Shown here in pieces: positions 57,279 to 64,000 of a stretch of 64,000 bases of DNA. The position numbers and the translations under genes are program-made. Within the stretch, counting starts at the first letter, position 1. Every line of letters starts with the position of its first letter. This DNA comes from Patescibacteria group bacterium (GTDB lineage: Bacteria; Patescibacteriota; Patescibacteriia; JAXHNJ01), in the NCBI GenBank assembly GCA_043812155.1, contig JBDRMK010000017.1, positions 146,509 through 210,508 on the forward strand, given 5' to 3'. The notes under the pieces were generated by a model. It did no database searches, was not told the origin of the DNA, and was given only the letters and a program-made list of their open reading frames with translations.

Positions 57279-58742
57279 ATGAAACTTTACGAATCATGGG
57301 AAAAAATTTCCCGGTTGTCAAAAGAAGAAATAAAAAAAATGCAGGACAAAAAAGTGGCCTATTTTGTCCAGCATCAGCTGCCTTTTTCGCCCTATTACCG
57401 TGAGCTTTTCGCCAAAAACAACCTTAAATTTTCGGACATCAAATCAACTGATGACCTGCAAAAAATCCCCTTGTCCTCAAAAGAAGATCTGGCTCCGACC
57501 AAAGAAGACCCGGGCAAGCCCCGCACTTTTATGCTGCAGCCGGACGAGCATCTGATAAAAAAATACGCGGGCAAAGGAGAACTTCTGAAGATCCTTATGA
57601 AAAAAGTAAAAGGCCAGGACGTAAAAAGAGAGCTGGAATGGCAGTATAAGCCGATCCACCTTCATTTTACCACCGGCCGTTCCGCCGCTCCCACGCCTTT
57701 CGGTTATTCCGCCCGGGACCTGGAAATATTGAAAGAAACCGGAGAAAGAATGCTCTCCGTCATTAAAGTCTCCCGAGATGAAGTCGCCATTAACGCTTTT
57801 CCTTTTTCGCCACATTTGGCTTTTTGGCTGGCTTACTACGCTTTAACCAAGCTCGGCATGACCACTTTGCACACCGGCGGCGGCAAAGTGATGGGCACCC
57901 AGAAAATCATTGATGCCATTGAAAAAATGAAAGCCTCTCTGATCGTCTATATCCCCGGCTACGGCTACCATATGTTAAGGCAGGCGGCCGAGCAAAAAAG
58001 AAATTTATCCAATGTTAAATACATCATTACCGGCGGGGAAAGGATCGGCCAGGGCTTGCGCGATAAGACCCGGGAGATCCTGGAGCAGATGGGCGCCAAA
58101 ATGCCGCAGATCTACGCCACCTACGCCATGACGGAAAGCAAGACCGCCTGGATCCAATGCGCCGAATCCACCGGCTATCACACTTACCCGGATCTGGAAT
58201 TTTTTGAAGTGGTAGATAAAGAAGGCAACCGGGTCAAAGAAGGCGAATCGGGTGAGATTGCCATTACCCTGCTTGGCTGGCGCGGTTCAATCGTCTGCCG
58301 CTATAGAACAGGAGATATGGTTAAGGGGATAAATTACGATCCCTGCCCGCATTGCGGCCTGACCGTTCCCCAGATCTTCCCCGACATTCAGCGCTCCTCG
58401 GACATGAAAGAATTTCATTTAACCAAAGTGAAGGGCGAATTAATCAATCTGAATAATATTTATCCTCTGCTTTCCGGACTTAAAGAAATTGAGGAATGGC
58501 AGGTGGAGATCCGGAAAAAAGACAACGACCCGTTTGAAGTGGATGAGATGGTTTTGTATGTCGCCCCGAAAAAAGAGATTGACTGGCCGGTTTTTGAGAA
58601 AAAACTCAAATCAAAATTTGCTTACGAGGTGGGCGTAACCCCGCAGGTTTCAAAAGAACCGGTCTCAAAAATCCTTCACCGCGTCGGCATGGACACTGAG
58701 CTCAAAGAAAAAAGGATCGTAGACATACGGCCGAAAGATTAA
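57279..58742 (+). CDS. PaaK-like adenylate-forming / acyl-CoA ligase
   Basis: SPYYR.LF, DL.KIP..K.DL, TTG, GGE, YAMTE, RYRTGD, CPHCG. Confidence 0.8.
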   Translation: MKLYESWEKISRLSKEEIKKMQDKKVAYFVQHQLPFSPYYRELFAKNNLKFSDIKSTDDLQKIPLSSKEDLAPTKEDPGKPRTFMLQPDEHLIKKYAGKGELLKILMKKVKGQDVKRELEWQYKPIHLHFTTGRSAAPTPFGYSARDLEILKETGERMLSVIKVSRDEVAINAFPFSPHLAFWLAYYALTKLGMTTLHTGGGKVMGTQKIIDAIEKMKASLIVYIPGYGYHMLRQAAEQKRNLSNVKYIITGGERIGQGLRDKTREILEQMGAKMPQIYATYAMTESKTAWIQCAESTGYHTYPDLEFFEVVDKEGNRVKEGESGEIAITLLGWRGSIVCRYRTGDMVKGINYDPCPHCGLTVPQIFPDIQRSSDMKEFHLTKVKGELINLNNIYPLLSGLKEIEEWQVEIRKKDNDPFEVDEMVLYVAPKKEIDWPVFEKKLKSKFAYEVGVTPQVSKEPVSKILHRVGMDTELKEKRIVDIRPKD

Positions 58743-58764
58743 ATTATTTAATTATTTCTCATAT

Positions 58765-58925
58765 AGAGCGGGTCCCTCTTCGAGCCTGAGCCTCAGAGCC
58801 GAAGGCCAGACCCGCTCTTGTTTTTCAACAAAAAACGTGCCTGGCTTCAAACAAAGATTTAATTTAATTACGAGAAGGGCGGATTCTCCTAGAGCCTGAG
58901 CAGAGTCGAAGGCAGAATCCGCCCT
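58765..58925. repeat. Two REP-like palindromes, each with a second element nested in its loop
   Basis: agagcgggtc[cctcttcgagcctgagc..cgaaggcc]agacccgctct and gagaagggcggattc[..gagcctgagc..cgaagg]cagaatccgccct. Confidence 0.75.
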
Positions 58926-58998
58926 ATTCAAATAAAAAAAACAGGGAAGCGCGTGAAACGCTCCCCTTTTTGATTAGCGCACGGTGTACCCGCGCTTA

Positions 58999-59238
58999 TT
59001 ATAATGAACCGCCTTCGATCTTCAAACCGCCCTCGCGCTTGATAATCATAACCGAAGTGCCATCCGCGGCGCACATGACAACCGAATTATCTTCCAGGCC
59101 TTTCTTAAACTTAAGGCCGCTTCCAAAAAGGGCGACAACCAGCTTCTGCCGCCGCTTCTCATCATCCCGGCTTTCATCCGGCTCTTCCAGGTCAAGTATT
59201 TCCAGAATATCCTTAAGGCCGATAAATTTACCTGTCAT
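58999..59238 (-). CDS. Hypothetical 79-aa protein
   Basis: TAAGGAGG RBS before ATG at 59238 (MTGKFIG...). Confidence 0.55.
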   Translation of the reverse strand: MTGKFIGLKDILEILDLEEPDESRDDEKRRQKLVVALFGSGLKFKKGLEDNSVVMCAADGTSVMIIKREGGLKIEGGSL

Positions 59239-59267
59239 GATGAACCTCCTTATCTTTTCTACTGGAC

Positions 59268-59453
59268 TTATTCTTCGGAACATTCCTCCTGAAGAGCTAT
59301 CAAAGCATCCCTGCGCAGAGCTTGCCACAAATCATCTTCGGTCAGACCGTGTTCCTTCAACCCCCTTCTGAGCTCTGCGATAGACATCCTCTTGTCCTTT
59401 TTTCTTTTGGCTCTGTAACTTGACCTGCCAAATTTCCCGTCTTTCTTTTTCAT
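59268..59453 (-). CDS. Hypothetical 61-aa basic protein
   Basis: GAGGAGGT RBS before ATG; operon-like with the next ORF. Confidence 0.55.
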   Translation of the reverse strand: MKKKDGKFGRSSYRAKRKKDKRMSIAELRRGLKEHGLTEDDLWQALRRDALIALQEECSEE

Positions 59454-59742
59454 AAATCAAACCTCCTCTTGGTTTGAGTAAATTTTTCGCAAAACGGCTG
59501 GTATGAACAATGTTATAATAGCCTATCTTACCAAACTCCCAGAGGGTTGTCAAAATGGGAAATGTAAGCTAAAATAAGACCATTATTTGATTCGAAGGGC
59601 ATAAGACGCGAAGATAATAAACCTGCAGAATATTATTGAGAAAAAATGCGGATTACTTTACTCTTTGTGTCCTCGTGTCTAAATGTCAAATGTCTACTGT
59701 CTAATACCAAAAGCCAAAATAATAAATAATATAAAAACATCC

Positions 59743-61023
59743 ATGAAAGTCGAAGTAAAAAAATTACCTAAATCACAAGCCGAAATGACGATCGAAGTCT
59801 CGGTTTTTGAGCTGCAGCCATTTTTGACCAACACGGCCGGCCAAATGTCCAAAGAAATGAATTTTCCCGGATTCAGGCCGGGCAAAGCCCCTTATGACAT
59901 GGTCAAAGAAAAAGTGGGGGAAGCGGCCATTTACCAGGAAGCGGCGGAGGATGTCATCCGGAAAACTTATCCTAAGGCGGTCATTGAACAAAATCTTCCG
60001 GCCGTGGGCCAGCCGAATATCACCCTGGAAAAACTGGCGCCAGGCAACCCGATGGTCTATAAAGCACAAGTCAGTTTGTTGCCGAATATCGAGCTGGGCG
60101 ATTATAAAAAACCAAAAGCCAAAAGAAAAGCGATAAAAGTGGAGCAAAAAGAAATTGACAAAGCCATCAAGGATCTCCAAAAAATGTACGGCAAAGAGAT
60201 CCGGGTGGAAAGAAACGCGGCCAAAGGCGATAAAGTGGAAATTGATTTTGACGTCTTTTTGGACAACGTTCCTCTGGAAGGCGGGGCTTCAAAAAATCAC
60301 CCTTTGGTGATCGGCGAAGGCAATTTTATCCCGGGCTTTGAAGAGAATCTGGTCGGGATGGCCAAAGAACAAGTCAAAGAATTCAAAATAAGATTCCCCA
60401 AGGACTATCATAAAAATGACCTGGCCAACCGCCTGGCGGAATTCAAGGTGAAAATGCTGGCGGTCTACAAAATCGAACTGCCTGGGCTTAACGATGAATG
60501 GGCGAAAATGGCGGGAAAATTCGAGAATTTCGCCGAGCTGCAGAAACATTTTTCGCAAGATTTAGAAAAAAAGAAAGAGGGCCAGGCGGATCAAATATTT
60601 GAAATGGAAATTCTGGACGATATTATCAGCAAATCAAAATTTGAGGAAATCCCCGAACTGTTAATGGATTCCGAACTGGATAAGATGATCAAGGAATTGG
60701 AGCACGATATTATGAGCCAGGGGATGAAATTTGAGGATTATTTAAAAGCGGTGAAAAAAACCCCGGAAGACTTGAAAAAAGAATTTACTCCGACGGCGGA
60801 AAAAAGGATAAAGACCGCTCTTATCATCCGCCATATCGCCAAAGAGGAAAAGATCCAAGTTACGCCTCAGGAAATCGAGGCCGAGATCAAAAAGACCAAA
60901 GAAACCTACAAAAGCCAGCCGGAGATAGCAAAACAGCTTGATTCTCCCGAATACAAAATGTATCTTTCCAATGTCCTGGCTTCAAAAAAAGTGATGGAAT
61001 TTCTTAAAAATCTGGTTGCATAA
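59743..61023 (+). CDS. tig: Trigger factor
   Basis: GFRPGKAP, FKBP domain (GD.V.IDF, FIPGFEE.L.G). Confidence 0.96.
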   Translation: MKVEVKKLPKSQAEMTIEVSVFELQPFLTNTAGQMSKEMNFPGFRPGKAPYDMVKEKVGEAAIYQEAAEDVIRKTYPKAVIEQNLPAVGQPNITLEKLAPGNPMVYKAQVSLLPNIELGDYKKPKAKRKAIKVEQKEIDKAIKDLQKMYGKEIRVERNAAKGDKVEIDFDVFLDNVPLEGGASKNHPLVIGEGNFIPGFEENLVGMAKEQVKEFKIRFPKDYHKNDLANRLAEFKVKMLAVYKIELPGLNDEWAKMAGKFENFAELQKHFSQDLEKKKEGQADQIFEMEILDDIISKSKFEEIPELLMDSELDKMIKELEHDIMSQGMKFEDYLKAVKKTPEDLKKEFTPTAEKRIKTALIIRHIAKEEKIQVTPQEIEAEIKKTKETYKSQPEIAKQLDSPEYKMYLSNVLASKKVMEFLKNLVA

Positions 61024-61026
61024 AAT

Positions 61027-61653
61027 ATGGCGAAAAAATGGCAGAAATCCTTATTTGTTTTTTTGAGCTTAATTTTTGTCTTGGTTTTAGCCGTTGAAAT
61101 CACGCCGCTGAATGACTTATTGACTCTGCCCCTCATCCAGAAAGACCCTTTGGAAAAAAGAGGGGTCATTATTATTTTAGGCGGCGGCATAAAAAAAGAC
61201 GGCCGCCTGGCCAAGCAAACCGCGGAAAGGACCCAGGAAGGCCTGGCGCTTTCCCAGGAAGGTTACGCCGGCGAAATTTTACTGGCCGGCGGCCAGGCGA
61301 AAAACAGAAGTTGGCCGGAAAGCGATAAAATGAAAGAATATGCCCTTTCCTTAGGCAATAGTGGAGAAAATATCATCAAAGAATCCGCCTCTAAAAACAC
61401 CTATGAAAACGCGGTCAATTCCCTGGCCATCATGTCCGACCACGGCTTCAAAGACGCGCTCGTCGTCACTTCCCCTTACCACACCAGAAGGGCCTGTTTA
61501 ATTTTCAAAAAATTGGGTACAGAAATCACCTGCCAGCCGGTCAGAAATGAATTTATCAGCCCGCTTAATTTTTGGGAAAAATTACATTATTTTAAAGGCC
61601 TGATCCGGGAATACGGCGCGATTGTTTATTTCAAAATTAAAGGGTATATTTAA
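61027..61653 (+). CDS. YdcF/DUF218 family protein
   Basis: IILGGG, E..S.NTYENA, VTS.YH.RRA, RE. Confidence 0.88.
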   Translation: MAKKWQKSLFVFLSLIFVLVLAVEITPLNDLLTLPLIQKDPLEKRGVIIILGGGIKKDGRLAKQTAERTQEGLALSQEGYAGEILLAGGQAKNRSWPESDKMKEYALSLGNSGENIIKESASKNTYENAVNSLAIMSDHGFKDALVVTSPYHTRRACLIFKKLGTEITCQPVRNEFISPLNFWEKLHYFKGLIREYGAIVYFKIKGYI

Positions 61654-61656
61654 GAT

Positions 61657-62235
61657 ATGAAACTCGCCAAGTCACAGCTTAAAAAAATTGAAAGGTCAGT
61701 GCAAAAAATTTACCAAAAAAATAATGATCCCTATCATCATTTTAACCACGCTTTTAGAACGGCAAAATTAGCCGCCTATATTGCCAAAAAGGAGAAAGCC
61801 AACCAAACAGTCTGTTATGTCGCTGGACTAGTTCACGACATCTCCCCGAAAACCCGAGGGGAAACTCATGGCCTGGCCTCAAGCCGAATGGCCGAAAAAC
61901 TCCTGAGGAAACAGGTTCTCGACCGATATTTTATCCGCCAGGTCTGCCAAGCGATTAAATACCACGATACTGCCGCCCGACGAAAAATCAAAACTTCCGA
62001 AGGCAAAATTGTATTTGACGCTGACAAACTCCAATGCCTGGGGCCGGTCGGCGCGATCCGTGAATACGGCGACTACCTTAAACTCAGCTATGGCCATACT
62101 AAAGTCATAAAAATAACCCTGGATTATTTAAAAAATAATAATCCGCCGCTGTTCACAAAGACAGGCCGCTCATTAAAAATACCCTTAAAAAAATTCAATT
62201 TAGAATTTGTTAGACTCTATAATGAATATAAATAA
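61657..62235 (+). CDS. HD-domain phosphohydrolase
   Basis: H...H..R, VHDI, H..S, DADKL..LG..G..R. Confidence 0.85.
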   Translation: MKLAKSQLKKIERSVQKIYQKNNDPYHHFNHAFRTAKLAAYIAKKEKANQTVCYVAGLVHDISPKTRGETHGLASSRMAEKLLRKQVLDRYFIRQVCQAIKYHDTAARRKIKTSEGKIVFDADKLQCLGPVGAIREYGDYLKLSYGHTKVIKITLDYLKNNNPPLFTKTGRSLKIPLKKFNLEFVRLYNEYK

Positions 62236-63007
62236 AATAAAACTTACTATTTTAGGCTCCGGCTCATACCAGCCGGAATTGAACCGACATTCCGCCAGCC
62301 ATTTGATTCAAATTCGTAATCAAAATCTTGTTTTTGATTTTGGCCGCGGAACTTTAGACCAATTAATGAAACTTGGTATTAACTATTATAATATTGATGC
62401 TATTTTTATTTCCCACACTCACCCGGATCATTTTTCCGAATTGGCTTCTTTCTTGCATATTGCTCTGGCTGAACCCGGGATTGGCGAAAGAAGAAAAAAA
62501 GACATTACTATATACGGCCCAAAAGGATTTAGAGGAAAAATGGCATTATTTTATCGGTCCTTAAATATTGAAAAATTCCGGCCGAAATATAAAATAAATA
62601 TTGAGGAAATCCCTTCGGGAAAAATTATCAAAGGAAAAAATTGGCAAATTCAGGGATTTAATACCACTCATTCAAGCAGTCTAAATTGTCTCTGTTATCG
62701 TCTAAAACACAAAAATACCATCTTTGCCTATTCCGGCGACAGCTCAATATCTTTAGGTCTAAAAAAGGCCATAAATAATGTCGATTTAGCCTTAATAGAA
62801 GCCAGCTGGCCGGAAGAAACAGCACCTAAAACGCATTTAACCGCCGAGCAGGCGGGAAAAATCTGCCAAGAGTCAGGCGTGAAAAAAATGGTTTTAACGC
62901 ATGCCTCGCCCATGTATTTCAAAAAATATAATCTTAAAAAATTAGCCCGTAAATATTTTAAAGGCCTGATTATATTAGCGCGAGATTTAATGAAAATTAA
63001 TATTTAA
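62222..63007 (+). CDS. RNase Z-like MBL-fold hydrolase
   Basis: LTILGSG, D.G.G, SHTHPDH, YSGDS, IEA, HL, LTH. Confidence 0.8.
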   Translation: MNINKIKLTILGSGSYQPELNRHSASHLIQIRNQNLVFDFGRGTLDQLMKLGINYYNIDAIFISHTHPDHFSELASFLHIALAEPGIGERRKKDITIYGPKGFRGKMALFYRSLNIEKFRPKYKINIEEIPSGKIIKGKNWQIQGFNTTHSSSLNCLCYRLKHKNTIFAYSGDSSISLGLKKAINNVDLALIEASWPEETAPKTHLTAEQAGKICQESGVKKMVLTHASPMYFKKYNLKKLARKYFKGLIILARDLMKINI

Positions 63008-63011
63008 CTTT

Positions 63012-63452
63012 ATGAAAATTCGCCTCGCCAAAAAGAAGGATTTTAACGAAATCATGCGTCTTTATGAGCAGCTCTGGAGCCCCGGGAAAATCATTCCGAA
63101 AAACATGAAAAAACTCAAAAAAGCCTGGCACAACCTTATTAAAGCGAAGTACGCTTACGATTTGGTTATTGAAGAAAAGAAAAGGTTAATCGGACATATC
63201 ACGGTAAGAATAATTCCTGAATTTTGGCTCTACGGAAAAACAGGCTTTATTGACGATGTCGTTATTGACAAGCCATACCGGGGAAAAGGCTTGGCGAAAA
63301 AACTGATGAAGGAAACGGAAAAAATGGCGAAAAAGAATAAGATTAAAATCATGGGCCTCTACTCCGAAGATTACCGGCCGGAAGCCATCAAGCTTTACGA
63401 AGGGCTCGGCTACAAAAAATACGACAAAATTTTTATGAGAAAGGAATTTTAA
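63012..63452 (+). CDS. GNAT family N-acetyltransferase
   Basis: V.....YRGKGLA..L, A..LYE.LGY. Confidence 0.88.
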   Translation: MKIRLAKKKDFNEIMRLYEQLWSPGKIIPKNMKKLKKAWHNLIKAKYAYDLVIEEKKRLIGHITVRIIPEFWLYGKTGFIDDVVIDKPYRGKGLAKKLMKETEKMAKKNKIKIMGLYSEDYRPEAIKLYEGLGYKKYDKIFMRKEF

Positions 63453-63454
63453 CC

Positions 63455-63949
63455 ATGAAAACCGCCGTTTTATCCGATTTGCACGACAATTACGCCGGCT
63501 GGCAATTGATTAATAAGATATTGAAAAAAGAAGGGGTTCAAACTATCTTTTTTTGCGGCGATTTGGCCGCACCTTCCATGCTTAAGAAAATGATCGGGGA
63601 ATTTGAAGGCCATATCCATATTGTCTTCGGCAATGTGGCTGACCGGGAAACGGAAAAAAAATTCGCCGATGAATCAGAAAAAGTGACTCATTATAGTGAT
63701 CTGGCGGAATTTGAATTGGAGGGAAAAAAAATCTGCCTTACCCATTTCCCAGAAAAGGCTAGGGAATTAGCCGCCGCCGGCAGCTTTGATTTAATCTGCT
63801 TTGGCCATAACCATATGAAAACCTTTGAAAAAATCGGAAATACATACCTGCTTAACCCGGGCACGGCCGGAGGGATGTTCCAATACCCTTCGTTCGCCAT
63901 ATTTGATCTTCCTAAAATGACTAATGAATTCAAGGAAATAACTTTATGA
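63455..63949 (+). CDS. YfcE-like metallophosphoesterase
   Basis: SDLHDN, CGD, GN, TH, FGHNH, NPG. Confidence 0.88.
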   Translation: MKTAVLSDLHDNYAGWQLINKILKKEGVQTIFFCGDLAAPSMLKKMIGEFEGHIHIVFGNVADRETEKKFADESEKVTHYSDLAEFELEGKKICLTHFPEKARELAAAGSFDLICFGHNHMKTFEKIGNTYLLNPGTAGGMFQYPSFAIFDLPKMTNEFKEITL

Positions 63950-64000
63950 TAAAAACCGCCGTCCTGGCCGCTAAAAAGGCGGGGGAATTTACGTTAAAAA
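63946..64000 (+). CDS. Partial CDS (N-terminus resembles inositol monophosphatase family)
   Basis: MIKTAVLAAKKAGEFTL; ATG overlaps the upstream TGA; only 18 codons visible. Confidence 0.3.
   Translation, partial: MIKTAVLAAKKAGEFTLK

Overview
Bacterial chromosomal window, most consistent with a Patescibacteria/CPR (Parcubacteria-like) genome. This placement is an inference from AT-rich, Shine-Dalgarno-poor leaders of core genes, PilT, bactofilin, large FN3/LysM surface proteins, PPDK plus membrane PPase, and short palindromic insertions. It holds housekeeping genes (ppdK, hup, ymdB, rny, clpP, nrnA, rbfA, infB, trxA/trxB, gdhA, rnhB, nusA, hppA, tig), a parS site, three paralogous surface proteins, three tandem PlsC-like acyltransferases with an acyl-CoA ligase, and several self-contained accessory single-gene cassettes. 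The most striking feature is the tRNA architecture. All five intact tRNA genes (Arg-TCG, Lys-CTT, Arg-CCT, Ala-CGC, Ala-GGC) lack an encoded CCA and are accompanied by broken same-amino-acid tRNA 'shells' interrupted by short palindromic elements. Both tRNA-Ala genes sit inside the anticodon arm of an older, inactivated tRNA-Ala (tRNA within a tRNA). Also seen: a stand-alone ~220-nt candidate sRNA, a c-di-GMP-II-like riboswitch candidate, a four-helix-bundle gene bracketed by inverted octamer arrays, and nested REP-like palindrome families. All calls come from reading motifs by eye; no database searches were run.
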